Shown piece by piece: positions 19,512-29,538 of a stretch of 64,000 nucleotides of DNA. A program made the position numbers and the translations under genes. This DNA is from Phycisphaerae bacterium (GTDB taxonomy: Bacteria; Planctomycetota; Phycisphaerae; UBA1845; Fen-1342): assembly GCA_050115495.1 (NCBI GenBank), contig JASFQK010000001.1:160001-224000 (forward strand), read 5' to 3'. A model generated the notes under the pieces. The model did no database searches and had not been told where the DNA came from. It saw only the letters and a program-made list of their open reading frames with translations. The first letter of the stretch is position 1. Every line of letters starts with the position of its first letter.

Positions 19512-20736
19512 GCTTGCCCTCGCGTTTGAGGCGGTTGAAGACCTGGCAGGCCTCGGGGGTGTTGAGGATGATGACCTGCGTGGCGCGGCCGGTGTAGCGG
19601 TTGAAGATGAACTGGTTCGCGGCCCTCTCCGGGAAGCCGTAGCCGCCGCGGCCTTCGTGGCCGGCGCCGATGAGGATGATGTCGGGCTCGCGGCGCAGAA
19701 GGAAAGCCTGGTCGCGGTAATTGAAATCGTGCTTCTTGTCGACGGGACGGAAGGAGCCGTCGGGGAAGATGAGCACGTCGTAGTACGGGATGGGGATGCC
19801 CTTGTAGACGGTCAGGCCGAAGCTGCTGTGGACGATGTTGTCGCCGCGGTGGCGGATGTAGAAGAAGGCCTGAACGGCGACGATGACGAGGCACGCCGCG
19901 AGCAGAACACGTCCGATTCGGCGGTGCTGGCTGAAGTGCAGCACGGCGAAGAAGACCGCGAACATGGCGGCCGTGAAGGCGATCACGATGGGCCAGTGCT
20001 CGAAGTCGCTCAGCAGCGAGGCGTTGATCAGCAAGAGCAACGTGAGCGCGATGAGCAGGACGAGCAGGCTGGCCGGGTGTCGCACGTAGTCGCCCAGCCG
20101 CGGGTGGCGCAGGCGCCGCGCGTCGGCCGGGGCGTCGCTCGCGGGCGGGTTGCCGAAGAGCAGGACGACGAGGCCCATGAGCGTGCCCCAGACGTCCTTG
20201 GCGATGTCGCTGACGTCGAAGACGCGGCTGCTCATGTGCATCTGGAAGGCTTCGTCGAGCGTGGAGTACAGCATCGCCGCGATGTAGGTGATGAGCATGA
20301 TGTGGGCCGGTGACACGCCGCGCGGGGCGAGGTCGCGGTACATCATGAAGGCGAAGAGGCCGTAGGCGAAGTAGTGCCAATTCTGCTGGAGGTCGTAGAA
20401 CTTGTGATCGAAGTAGTAGTCGGTGATCTGCTGGGCGAGGGCGATCATCAGTAGCGCCGCAACCGTCGCGGCCAGGCGGCGCCAGGTGATGTACGCGTGC
20501 AGGGCGATCGCCAGGCCGATCACGATGAGCAGGGCCAGCACGGGCACGATTGGGATGTTGTGGCCGGCGAGGGGGACCGTCGTGCCGGAAGCGGCGCCGA
20601 TGGCCTCAACCAGGAAGCTGCGCAGGAGGATGAAGGGCGTGGCCAGCAGCAGCAGGCTGTAGAGCACGACGTGCAGCCGAGAGGAGTGCACCCAGCTCAG
20701 GCGCTGCGGCGGTTGGTAGGCACGCTTGCGGGACAT
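19480..20736 (-). CDS. VanZ-like membrane protein fused to an Mth938/AAMDC-like domain
   Basis: HYFAYG...DEAFQ...RVFDVSD (VanZ); PDIILIGAG...TPEACQVFN...LHSTC (Mth938). Confidence 0.7.
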   Translation of the reverse strand: MSRKRAYQPPQRLSWVHSSRLHVVLYSLLLLATPFILLRSFLVEAIGAASGTTVPLAGHNIPIVPVLALLIVIGLAIALHAYITWRRLAATVAALLMIALAQQITDYYFDHKFYDLQQNWHYFAYGLFAFMMYRDLAPRGVSPAHIMLITYIAAMLYSTLDEAFQMHMSSRVFDVSDIAKDVWGTLMGLVVLLFGNPPASDAPADARRLRHPRLGDYVRHPASLLVLLIALTLLLLINASLLSDFEHWPIVIAFTAAMFAVFFAVLHFSQHRRIGRVLLAACLVIVAVQAFFYIRHRGDNIVHSSFGLTVYKGIPIPYYDVLIFPDGSFRPVDKKHDFNYRDQAFLLRREPDIILIGAGHEGRGGYGFPERAANQFIFNRYTGRATQVIILNTPEACQVFNRLKREGKRVLFVLHSTC

Positions 20737-20773
20737 TGGCTTCCCGGACGCGGGCGGCTGAGGTCGTCATCGA

Positions 20774-20799
20774 CGGCCGACACGGAGGTCGGCCGCTAC
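20774..20799 (-). repeat. GTAG-type REP-like palindrome
   Basis: Minus strand GTAG-CGGCCGAC-CTCCGT-GTCGGCCG. Confidence 0.65.
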
Positions 20800-20806
20800 A
20801 TGTGCG

Positions 20807-21745
20807 TCAGGAGGGATTCTGGCGATACCACTCGATCGAACGAGCCAGCCCCTCCTGGAAAAAGATCTTGGGCTCGTAGCCGATCACGCGCTTGGCGGCG
20901 GCGACGTCGGCCAGGCTGTGGCGGACGTCGCCCACACGCGGGTCCTGGTGCTCCGCGGCGAGGTCGGTGCCCAGTTGCCCGTTGATCAGGCGGACGATTT
21001 CGTTCAGCGTGGTGCGCTCGCCGCAGGCGATGTTCACCACCGCGCCGCCCAGCTCGGCGGCCTCGAGGGCGAGCAGGTTGGCGTTGACCACATTGTCGAT
21101 GTAGCAGAAGTCGCGCGACTGCTCCCCGTCGCCGAAGATGACCGGCCGACGGCCGGAGACCATGTGCGTGACGAAGGCGGGGATGACGGCGGCGTACTGG
21201 CTGTTGGGATCCTGGCGCGGGCCGAAGACGTTGAAGTAGCGCAGCGAGATCGTCTGGAGCCCGTAGCAGGTGTGGAAGCACGTGCAGTAGTTCTCGGCGG
21301 CGAGCTTGCCGACGGCGTAGGGGCTCAGCGGCTGGGGCGTCATCGTCTCGATCTTGGGCAGCGTCGGCGTGTCGCCGTAAGCGCTGCTGCTGGCGGAGTA
21401 GATGACGCGCTCGGCGCCGGCGTCGCGGGCGGCGAGCAGGACGTTGAGCGTGCCGGTGATGTTCACATCGTTGGCGGGCAGCGGCTCGGCGACGCTGCGC
21501 GGCACGCTGGCCCGGGCGGCCAGGTGAAAGACGGCGGCGGTGCCGGTAGCGGCCCGCTGTACCGTGGGCAGGTCGCGAATGTCGCCCTCGACGAAGTCGA
21601 CGTCGGCCCGGATGTCGGCGAGGTTCGCCGGCCGGCCGGTGCTCATGTCGTCCAGGATGCGGACGCGGTCGCCGCGGGCGAGCAGTCGGCGGACGACGTG
21701 GCTGCCGATGAAGCCTGCGCCGCCGGTGACCAGGTATAGATTCAT
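20807..21745 (-). CDS. NAD-dependent nucleotide-sugar epimerase/dehydratase (extended SDR)
   Basis: TGGAGFIGS, SSSAYG, YAVGK (YxxxK), LRYFNVFGPRQ. Confidence 0.92.
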   Translation of the reverse strand: MNLYLVTGGAGFIGSHVVRRLLARGDRVRILDDMSTGRPANLADIRADVDFVEGDIRDLPTVQRAATGTAAVFHLAARASVPRSVAEPLPANDVNITGTLNVLLAARDAGAERVIYSASSSAYGDTPTLPKIETMTPQPLSPYAVGKLAAENYCTCFHTCYGLQTISLRYFNVFGPRQDPNSQYAAVIPAFVTHMVSGRRPVIFGDGEQSRDFCYIDNVVNANLLALEAAELGGAVVNIACGERTTLNEIVRLINGQLGTDLAAEHQDPRVGDVRHSLADVAAAKRVIGYEPKIFFQEGLARSIEWYRQNPS

Positions 21746-22587
21746 CCGTGCACCTCCGGCAGGCGGAAGAAGGTTATCGCGTTGGCGGTCGTGGCGGCGG
21801 CGAAGCGGTCGAAGGGCTCGCCGCGGAGATTGGCGAGGAAGCGGGCCGTGTGGGCCACGAACGCCGGCTCATTGGGGAAGATCTTACGCACGGGCTCGGG
21901 TGAGAGATAGGGGGCGTCGGTCTCGATCAGCAGGCGTTCGAGGGGGGCGTAACGGGCCGAGGCGCGGATGGGCTCGGCCTTCTGGAACGTCACGACGCCG
22001 GTGAAGGATAGCCAACCGCCAAGGTCGAGGATGTAGCGGGCGGTTTCCACGTCGGCCGAGTAGCAGTGAAAGACGAAGCGGCCGAGAAGCGGCGGGTACT
22101 CGCGCAGGATGTCGGCAACGCGGCGTTCGGCCTTGCGGGCGTGGAGCACGACGGGCATATCGCGCTCGGCGGCGATCTCGAGGTGTGCCCGGAAGATCTG
22201 CTCCTGCTCAGCGGGCGGAGCGAAGTCGTAGTGGAAATCGAGACCGGTTTCGCCGACGGCGACGATCCGATTCCGCGGGACGCCGCCGGGCTCGGATTCG
22301 TCGAGCAGGGCGCCGAGGGCCAGCAAGTCGTCCTTCTGGCACTTGGCGGCGTGGTGCGGGTGGATGCCGGCGATGAGGCAGATCTGCGGGAACTCGCCGA
22401 CGAGCTCGAGCCCGCGGCGGGCGTCGGCGACCGTCTCGGAGACGGTGAGGACGCGGGTGACGCCGGCCTGGGCGGCCCGTTTCAGCACGTCACGGGTTTG
22501 CCCGGCGAGGTCTTTGAAGGTCAGGTGGCAGTGGGTGTCGATGAGCATCGGTGGCGGGGTCGGTCCAGGGGGTGGCGTCGTGTTCAT
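21742..22587 (-). CDS. tatD: TatD-family nuclease
   Basis: IDTHCH, GIHPH, VGETGLD, LHAR, FHCY, IETDAPY. Confidence 0.92.
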   Translation of the reverse strand: MNTTPPPGPTPPPMLIDTHCHLTFKDLAGQTRDVLKRAAQAGVTRVLTVSETVADARRGLELVGEFPQICLIAGIHPHHAAKCQKDDLLALGALLDESEPGGVPRNRIVAVGETGLDFHYDFAPPAEQEQIFRAHLEIAAERDMPVVLHARKAERRVADILREYPPLLGRFVFHCYSADVETARYILDLGGWLSFTGVVTFQKAEPIRASARYAPLERLLIETDAPYLSPEPVRKIFPNEPAFVAHTARFLANLRGEPFDRFAAATTANAITFFRLPEVHG

Positions 22588-23465
22588 TCCACGTTCTGCA
22601 CCTGCTCCTTGATGCGGTCGATGGCGCTCTTGATGTCGATGATGTGGCGGGCCAGTTCGGGGTCGCCGGACTTCGAGCCCATCGTGTTCGCCTCGCGGAG
22701 CATTTCCTGGGCGATGAACTCCATCTTCCGGCCGGCGGGCTCGGGGTCGGCGGCGGCGGATTCGAACTGGGCGACGTGGGCGGCGAGGCGGCTGAGCTCC
22801 TCGCTGATGTCGCTGCGTTCGGCGTAGATGGAGACTTCCTTGAGGAGGTCGCCCTCGGCCAGTTGGGCGTTGCTGCCGGTGAGGAGCTCGCGGACGCGGC
22901 TGGCGAGGCGGTTGCGGTATTCCTCGATGACGAGCGGGCCGCGGGCCCGGACGGCCGCGAGGTGCTCATCGATGCGCCGGCAATGCGTTTGCAGGTCGGC
23001 GGCGATCGTGCGGCCCTCGGTGCAGCGCATCTCGATGAGGCGGTCCAGGGCCTGCGTGGCGAGCGTGCGGGTGATCTCCCAGTGATGCTCGCGCTGGGCC
23101 TCGGTGAGCTCGCGGGGCTGGCAGACGCCGGGCAGAGCGGCCAGCGTGGCCAGGTCGATCGTGGCGCGGGGGTCGTCGCCGCCGGCGGCCTTGAGCTGCG
23201 CGACGTAGGCGCGGATGGCGGCGGCGTTCAGCTCCTGGGCGGCAGAGGCGGTCAGGTCGCGAATGTGCAGGCGGACGGTGACGCTGCCGCGGGTAAGCCG
23301 CTCGCGGAGAAGACGTTCGGCGTCGGTTTCGAGGAAGGCGAAGCCTTCGGGCAGGTGGACCGAGGCTTTGAGATAACGGTTGTTAACGCTGCGGGCTTCG
23401 AGGTGATAGACGTGACCGTTGTCTTCGAGCTGCGCCTCGCCGAAGCCGGTCATCGAACGGATCAT
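22584..23465 (-). CDS. yicC: YicC/YloC-family endoribonuclease
   Basis: MIRSMTGFG, SVNNRY, DISEELSRL, QEMLREANTMGSK, EQVQNVE. Confidence 0.93.
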   Translation of the reverse strand: MIRSMTGFGEAQLEDNGHVYHLEARSVNNRYLKASVHLPEGFAFLETDAERLLRERLTRGSVTVRLHIRDLTASAAQELNAAAIRAYVAQLKAAGGDDPRATIDLATLAALPGVCQPRELTEAQREHHWEITRTLATQALDRLIEMRCTEGRTIAADLQTHCRRIDEHLAAVRARGPLVIEEYRNRLASRVRELLTGSNAQLAEGDLLKEVSIYAERSDISEELSRLAAHVAQFESAAADPEPAGRKMEFIAQEMLREANTMGSKSGDPELARHIIDIKSAIDRIKEQVQNVE

Positions 23466-23506
23466 GCATATGGCCCCGCAGGGGGTCGATGGCGGAGCGA
23501 GAGGCG

Positions 23507-23905
23507 CTACGCGGCGCCATCGCCGAAGATATCGAGCATGGCGTAGTCCGGGGCGGCGGTGGGGTCGATCAGGAGGCCGGAGCCGCCGGCCGGAGGCGTC
23601 TGGCCCGGGGGAGGAGCCGGCGTGTTCGCTGCGTTGTTTCCGAGATCAGGGGGCCCCTGGACGAAGACGAAGTTGAGCAGGATGGCGAAGACGAGCAGGA
23701 CGCCGGCGCCGATGATGGTGACCCAGGTGAGGAAGTCGCCGGTCTTGGCGCCGAAAGCGGCAGTGGCGCCGCCGGCTCCGCCGAAGGCCCCGGCAAGGCC
23801 GACGCCCTTTCCGCGCTGGAGCAGGATCACGATCATGAGGAGGATCGCCACGACGGCGAAGAAGAAGGCGAGAATGAAATGGAATGTGGTGGCCGCCAGC
23901 AACAT
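23507..23905 (-). CDS. secG: Preprotein translocase subunit SecG
   Basis: ILLQRGKGVGLAGAFGG...FG...LT with two TM segments; downstream of tpiA. Confidence 0.9.
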   Translation of the reverse strand: MLLAATTFHFILAFFFAVVAILLMIVILLQRGKGVGLAGAFGGAGGATAAFGAKTGDFLTWVTIIGAGVLLVFAILLNFVFVQGPPDLGNNAANTPAPPPGQTPPAGGSGLLIDPTAAPDYAMLDIFGDGAA

Positions 23906-23996
23906 CCTGATGTCAACCTTTCCGTTCGAGCGTGTCGTCGCCCGTTAGCGCACGTGCCCCGCTGACACGCTGGGCGAACCTCACAGTATAACAAGG

Positions 23997-24770
23997 TCAG
24001 CGGTGGGCTGCCACCGCGGCCTGGACGATGCCGAGGAAGGAATCGGCCTTGAGGCTGGCCCCGCCGATGAGGCCACCATCCACGTCGGGTTGGGCCATGA
24101 TGGCCGGGGCGTTATCGGGGGTCACACTGCCGCCGTAGAGGATGCGGACCTGGTCGGCGACGTCGCCGGCGATGGTGCGGAGGTGCTGGCGCAGGTGGAG
24201 GTGGGACTCCTGAGCCTGCTCGGGGGTGGCCACCTGGCCGGTGCCGATGGCCCAGACGGGCTCGTAGGCGATGACGAGGTCGGCGGGGGTGCTGACGTCG
24301 ACGCCGACGAGGGCCGCGGAAAGCTGGAAGGTGATGACGTCGAGGGTCTGCTCGGCCTTGCGCTCGGTGAGGGTCTCGCCGACACAGAGGATGGGAGTGA
24401 GGCCGACGGCCCGGACGGCGCGGACCTTCAGGTTGATCATGCGGTCGTCTTCGAGGTGGCCGATGGTGTGTCGGCGTTCGCTGTGACCGATAATGACGTA
24501 CCGCACGCCGATGTCCTTGAGCATCGCGGCAGAAACCTCGCCGGTGAAAGCGCCCTTGGCTTCGTAGTAGACGTTCTGGGCGCCGAGCTGGATCGGGCCG
24601 CCCGCCAGTGCCTCGCCGACGGGGTAGACGTAGACGGTGGGGGGACAGACGGCCACGTCAGCGGCGTTGCCCGCGGAGCCGAGGCCGGCGGCGATGCCGC
24701 CCACTAGGTCGCGAGCCTGCGCCAGGTTCAGATTCATCTTCCAGTTGCCGGCGATAAGGGGGCGTCGCAT
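23997..24770 (-). CDS. tpiA: Triosephosphate isomerase
   Basis: IAGNWKMN, IGHSERR, AYEPVWAIGTG, LYGGSV, GGASL. Confidence 0.97.
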   Translation of the reverse strand: MRRPLIAGNWKMNLNLAQARDLVGGIAAGLGSAGNAADVAVCPPTVYVYPVGEALAGGPIQLGAQNVYYEAKGAFTGEVSAAMLKDIGVRYVIIGHSERRHTIGHLEDDRMINLKVRAVRAVGLTPILCVGETLTERKAEQTLDVITFQLSAALVGVDVSTPADLVIAYEPVWAIGTGQVATPEQAQESHLHLRQHLRTIAGDVADQVRILYGGSVTPDNAPAIMAQPDVDGGLIGGASLKADSFLGIVQAAVAAHR

Positions 24771-25075
24771 GTCGGTTCTCCAAGTGATCGCGGAAGGGCA
24801 GAGTCTACCACGATCGGCCGATCGCCGCACGATCTGCCACCCCGCCACAAAAACGACAAGATTTATCTGTAATCTCTGCGCGTGACCCCCGCGTAGCTGA
24901 CGGCAATCGCGGTTAGTGCTCCGGGAGCGTTTTTGGGCCCGGTAAGGTTTCTCTGGACAGCCGCCGAGGAGAGACTACAATTCCGGGCTTTGTCCTGGCG
25001 TGGTGACAGGGCCCGTGAATGTGGGCTGGGTCCAAGGTCCCCTCCGGGACAACAGGGTAACGGAGAGAGTGGGCG

Positions 25076-25651
25076 ATGTACGTGTTTCGCAGAAGCACGC
25101 TGTGGTTAGGCTGCGCCGTGCTCACGGTGTGCTACGTCGTGGCGGATGCCGCCTTGAGCCCGCCGGCGCGGCCGGCGGAGATCGGGGTGGTCGCCGAGGT
25201 TCCCGACCTGCTGACGGCCGACGAGGCTGACGAGCCGCTGGTGATTGAGGCGGCGACGCTGCATGAGCCCGTGGAGCTTGTGGAGCCAGTCGAGCCGGCG
25301 GAGGCCGAGGAGGAAGGCCCCATCCACGTGACCCTGCCGCCGCGGAGGGTGCGGCGGGTGCAGCGTGTGACGGCGTACTGCGACCGGGGCCTAACGGCGG
25401 CGGGGGTGCCGAGCGGTTACGGACAATGTGCGGCGCCGGCGGATATCCCGTTCGGGTCGAAGGTCTACATCCCGGCCCTGGGGAAGACGTTCATCGTGAC
25501 CGATCGCACGCACAAGCGGTTCCGGCACAATACGGTGGACATCTTCATGCCGTCCTCCTGGTCGTGCCGGCAGTTCGGGCGTAAGTACCTAGAGTGCGAG
25601 TACACGCTCGTCCGGGAGGAGCCGGACTACGGCGATGTGAAGGTGAACTGA
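25076..25651 (+). CDS. 3D (MltA-like) domain protein with N-terminal anchor
   Basis: VTAY...TAAG...IPFGSKVYIP...TDR...VDIFM. Confidence 0.75.
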   Translation: MYVFRRSTLWLGCAVLTVCYVVADAALSPPARPAEIGVVAEVPDLLTADEADEPLVIEAATLHEPVELVEPVEPAEAEEEGPIHVTLPPRRVRRVQRVTAYCDRGLTAAGVPSGYGQCAAPADIPFGSKVYIPALGKTFIVTDRTHKRFRHNTVDIFMPSSWSCRQFGRKYLECEYTLVREEPDYGDVKVN

Positions 25652-25665
25652 GGCACCGGCGGGGA

Positions 25666-25989
25666 TTACCAAGTTACCTGGCCATAGTTGACGCAGGCCG
25701 CGAAGAGGGTGGCGTGGTAGCTGCGCAGGACGCCGGCGTCGTCGAAGGTGAGGCGCCAGAGAGCCCGGCCGCCGGCCTCGGGGCGGTCCCAGGTGAGGAC
25801 GAGGCCGTCATCGGCGTGGCGGGTGGCGCGGGGGTGCCCCCAGTAGCCGAGGAAGTAATCCTGGCAGGGCTGGCCCAGGTGCTCATCGAGCCGGTGGGCC
25901 AGTTCGGGGGACGTCGCCGGTCCGCTGGCGGCGCAGCCGGCGAGGAGCAGGAGAGCCAGGGCGAACAGGCAAATGCGGGCAGCGTTCAT
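25666..25989 (-). CDS. Small lipoprotein
   Basis: Lipobox LLAGC. Confidence 0.65.
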   Translation of the reverse strand: MNAARICLFALALLLLAGCAASGPATSPELAHRLDEHLGQPCQDYFLGYWGHPRATRHADDGLVLTWDRPEAGGRALWRLTFDDAGVLRSYHATLFAACVNYGQVTW

Positions 25990-26006
25990 GGGGGGTCTCA
26001 CGGGTA

Positions 26007-27545
26007 TCAGGGCGCGACGGCGGGCAGCACACCTACGTCACGCAATTGAACGACGATAGCGTCGGCGTAGGCGCGGGCGCCGGCGACGTTGGGGTGGCCG
26101 ACTGAGCTGTAAATGCACATGACCGCCTGGTTGACCATGTCCGCGCCGAGGCAGGCGTCAGCGCGGACGCCCTGGAGGGGGTCCTCCGGGAACAGGTCGA
26201 TCCCGAGGTTGAGGCTCTGGAGGAGCACGCTGCTGGAAGCCAGGCTCCAGAGCCAGCGGTCATCGGTGAAGATGGCGTTCTCCGGCTGGAAACCGGGGTC
26301 GGCGAAGGCGACGCGCGCCGGGGGATCGGCGGCCTGGTTGACCGTGTCCACGGCGGCCTGGAGGCTCTGGCGGGCGGTGTCGTCGAAGAGGACGGACTGG
26401 TGGACGAGTTCGTTGAAGATGACGGAGCCGCCTTCGAGCGTGGCCAGGCCCTGGGTCTGGGTCCAGGCCTTGAGCGAGAGCAGGTCACTGTCGGGGCCGA
26501 CGATCTGGTAGTAGCCGGTGACGACGATCGTCGCCTGGGGGGCGACGGCCCGGACGTTCTGGAGGAGCGTGAGCATCTCGTCGTGGCAGAACCGTTCGGT
26601 GAGCTCGACAAGGTCCTGGTCGGTCGTGTCGGGGTCGATGACGGCCGCGGTGGTGACGTCGTTGATACAGCCGTCCAGGAGGATGAGCTCGAGCAGCTCG
26701 GGTTGATCGAGCAGGCCGACCTGTGTCGTGATGGACGTGGGGACGCGCGGGGCCTCGCCAAAGCAGGTTCCGTTGCAGATGCCGTCATCGTCGGTGGGGA
26801 CAATGGTTGCCCCGGACTGGGCGTAGCGCTGGAGGATGACCCGGCGGTGGGTTTCCTGCTCGATAACGTCGCTGACCAGGGTCGTGAACTTGTCCGGCTC
26901 CTCAAGGCCGTTGCCCCACATGACCGAATCGCCAATGACGGCGAGATAGAAGAAGTCGCGGACGAGCTCGATCCGGGCGGCGACGGCGGGGGAGCCGTCG
27001 CTGGCGACGCTGACATAGATGTCGAGGCGGGAGAAGTCGGTGAGGAGCGCCTCGGGGATCAGGGCGGTGAAGCGCTGTTCGAGGCCGCTGGTGCCCACCC
27101 CACCGGCGTCGAGCCAGAAACAGGCCTGGCCGGCGGCGAGCAGGTTGCGGACGGTGTCGTTGAAGGGGCGGGTCTCGGCGGCGAGGGCTCGCTCGGCGTC
27201 GGTGGCCGGTGGCGCTACACGTTCGACGGACACGGCGGCGAGCGTGGACCGGTTGAGCAGGCGCATCTTCACTGCCGACGCGTCCTCGACCGCGACGGTG
27301 ACCATCAGTCCGGTTGCCTGGGGGCCCTGCGGGTCGGCGTCGTTGACGGGGAACCACGACGCGGGGCGGTAGATGTTGTAGGTCTCGCCGGCGGCGGGCG
27401 CTTCGAGCCCGGCGGTGCCGAGGAGGAGGACGGGGGAGAATGTCCCGGTATTGTCAGTTGTCTCTTCGGTCGGGCAGCCGCCCGGGAGGATGACGAGCAG
27501 GACCGCGGCGAGACAGACAAGTTGTACAGATTGTTGCGTGTTCAT
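26007..27545 (-). CDS. Secreted or lipidated SGNH/GDSL hydrolase
   Basis: Signal ending GGC; IGDSVMWG, QSGA, DGCIND, GHPN. Confidence 0.8.
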   Translation of the reverse strand: MNTQQSVQLVCLAAVLLVILPGGCPTEETTDNTGTFSPVLLLGTAGLEAPAAGETYNIYRPASWFPVNDADPQGPQATGLMVTVAVEDASAVKMRLLNRSTLAAVSVERVAPPATDAERALAAETRPFNDTVRNLLAAGQACFWLDAGGVGTSGLEQRFTALIPEALLTDFSRLDIYVSVASDGSPAVAARIELVRDFFYLAVIGDSVMWGNGLEEPDKFTTLVSDVIEQETHRRVILQRYAQSGATIVPTDDDGICNGTCFGEAPRVPTSITTQVGLLDQPELLELILLDGCINDVTTAAVIDPDTTDQDLVELTERFCHDEMLTLLQNVRAVAPQATIVVTGYYQIVGPDSDLLSLKAWTQTQGLATLEGGSVIFNELVHQSVLFDDTARQSLQAAVDTVNQAADPPARVAFADPGFQPENAIFTDDRWLWSLASSSVLLQSLNLGIDLFPEDPLQGVRADACLGADMVNQAVMCIYSSVGHPNVAGARAYADAIVVQLRDVGVLPAVAP

Positions 27546-27584
27546 GGGTTGACCGTCGTTTGCGGCAGGAGCGGGGCGTTCATG

Positions 27585-27944
27585 TTACGGCTCGTCGATT
27601 TCGAGAACGCGCTGGACCTCGACGACGGTGCCGACCTGGCCGACGACCTGGAGGTCGGTGCGCGTGGCGAGTTGCAGGCGCGAGGTCGTGCCGGGAGTCG
27701 TGACACGATCGAAAGCGTCGTTGTCCAGTTGGGTGGCCTGGAACAGGTGATAAGTGAAGCCGTTCTCGCCGATCCAGACCAGTTGGGGGCCGTTGTTGTC
27801 CTGGATGGTGGCGGTGCCGGTGAGGATGAAGGACTCGCCGGTGACGAAGAGGGAGTTGCCCTCGCCGAGAAGACTGACGTTGATGCAGCCGCCGACGGCA
27901 TACAGGACAAGCAGAAGCGACAGGGAGCAGAGCAGACGTGGCAC
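27585..27944 (-). CDS. Small beta-rich lipoprotein
   Basis: GGAG plus GTG start; hydrophobic signal ending VGGC. Confidence 0.65.
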   Translation of the reverse strand: MPRLLCSLSLLLVLYAVGGCINVSLLGEGNSLFVTGESFILTGTATIQDNNGPQLVWIGENGFTYHLFQATQLDNDAFDRVTTPGTTSRLQLATRTDLQVVGQVGTVVEVQRVLEIDEP

Positions 27945-28213
27945 GGGTGGATCTCCGCTGAGTTGGTTGCTTGTACGCGAATCGAGTGGTCGCATGCTAC
28001 CAGCCGGTGGTGGGCATGTCACTGGGGCCAGCTTGCGTACGCCGTCGCCAGCCGGTTCAATGTGACCGCCGACGAGCAGTTCCTTTGTGTCAGCAGCGTT
28101 AAGAAATCATGCGGACCAGTATGAATTCGTGACGGGCGACGGCGCCGCACGGGCACGGCCGGTATGACGGCTGGAGCGCCGGCGGGACGCGTGGACAAGG
28201 AAGGAGAAGATCT

Positions 28214-28423
28214 ATGGGCGACAGTGTCTACAAGGTGATCGAGCTGATCGGGACGAGCGAGCGGTCGTGGGAAGAGGCGGCCCGGAACGCGGTGGAGGTG
28301 GCCGCTAAGTCGCTGAAGTACCTGCGGGTGGCCGAGGTGAAAGAGCTGGACATGACCGTCGAAGACGGCAAGGTGACGACCTATCGGGCCAAGGTGCACC
28401 TGTCGTTCAAATACGAGACGTAG
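28214..28423 (+). CDS. Dodecin-family flavin-binding protein
   Basis: SVYKVIELIGTS..SWEEAA...YRAKVHLSFK; AGGAG ribosome-binding site. Confidence 0.92.
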   Translation: MGDSVYKVIELIGTSERSWEEAARNAVEVAAKSLKYLRVAEVKELDMTVEDGKVTTYRAKVHLSFKYET

Positions 28424-28526
28424 GCGGAAGAAGGCAACCCGTTCGGCTTCGCTCAGGGTGCCGAGGCAGCCGGGCGACGAGGGGAGGCGGCGGAAGCGCG
28501 TCCACGAGTTCCGGACAGCACACAAG

Positions 28527-29060
28527 TTACGGATGGGGTGGCCAGAGTTCGCTCGGGGTGATACCCAACGCAGCGGCGAGTTTCTCGACCGTGGAGCGCT
28601 GGGGATGACACCTGCGGCTCAGCATCATGGAGATTGCGGGCTGCTGCACTCCGATCGCGCTGGCCAGTTGCGCCTGCGTCATACCCTTGTCGTGCATGAT
28701 GGCCTTCAGGCGTTCGGCAAAGGCGCTGTCCTGAGCGTCGAGGGCCTCGACGTCGTCTCGGAAATCACTGGACGCTTGAAGCGATTCGCCCAGGTCCTCG
28801 ATGTCGACGCCCACACTGCCGTCGTAGGAAGTTGGGAAGAGGGCCTCTACGAGCGTGGCGACGGCAGCCTCGCGATCGTCGGGGTCAGTCTCGGGTGCAT
28901 TGATGACGGCGCACATGTCGCGGATGACGGCCTGTACATCATCAGGCGCCTCGCTGTAGGCGCGAAACACCTGGGCGAAGCTCTCACTCAGTATCCGCTC
29001 GGCCTGTTTCGTCTCTGCTGCCCGGAGACTCATGATCCTTGACGCCCTTTCGCGTAGCAC
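28527..29060 (-). CDS. XRE HTH antitoxin-like protein (HigA-like) with long N-terminal extension
   Basis: C-terminal MTQAQLASAIGVQQPAISMML...KLAAALGI. Confidence 0.8.
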   Translation of the reverse strand: MLRERASRIMSLRAAETKQAERILSESFAQVFRAYSEAPDDVQAVIRDMCAVINAPETDPDDREAAVATLVEALFPTSYDGSVGVDIEDLGESLQASSDFRDDVEALDAQDSAFAERLKAIMHDKGMTQAQLASAIGVQQPAISMMLSRRCHPQRSTVEKLAAALGITPSELWPPHP

Positions 29061-29069
29061 GCTCCAACG

Positions 29070-29495
29070 TCACTCGAACAGACGGTTCTCATAGAAGCGC
29101 TGGATGATGAGCGCGCGGCGTGCATTGAACGTTCGGATGTTCGCCGTCGTCCACTCATCTCGTTTCTTCTGCAGCACTGCGATAACCCAGATGATTGGCA
29201 ATGGGGCCCGGACCGAGGGGTCGCCTCTGTAGAAGACGATCCTGATGTTGTCGTGGCCGCCGACCCGGTCATGAACACGCAGTTCTCCGATGCCCTTGTG
29301 GCACGCCTTGATCCAGCACCAGTCGAGATCGAGCAGTCGTCCTTGCTGGTCAGCCGGGTCGGGCAGTGGCCAAAACCGCAGCTTGAGTGCGTGGCATCGA
29401 ATCTCGACCCGGTCGCGGGTCCTCTTGAACCAGTGATGGGCGTCTGCCCAGGCCGGCCCGAATACACGGACCCGATAATCACCGTCCAATGGCAT
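29070..29495 (-). CDS. RelE/HigB-superfamily toxin-like protein
   Basis: IGELRV...IRIVFY...WVIAVLQKK pattern; directly upstream of the XRE gene. Confidence 0.65.
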   Translation of the reverse strand: MPLDGDYRVRVFGPAWADAHHWFKRTRDRVEIRCHALKLRFWPLPDPADQQGRLLDLDWCWIKACHKGIGELRVHDRVGGHDNIRIVFYRGDPSVRAPLPIIWVIAVLQKKRDEWTTANIRTFNARRALIIQRFYENRLFE

Positions 29496-29538
29496 CTCAT
29501 GTCTCGACTACCACTCGGCGACAACGTCTCTGCGTAAA

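Noticed and set aside
24440..24475. Small insertion in TpiA after HSERR
   Set aside because: A loop change of about two residues; catalytic motifs are intact
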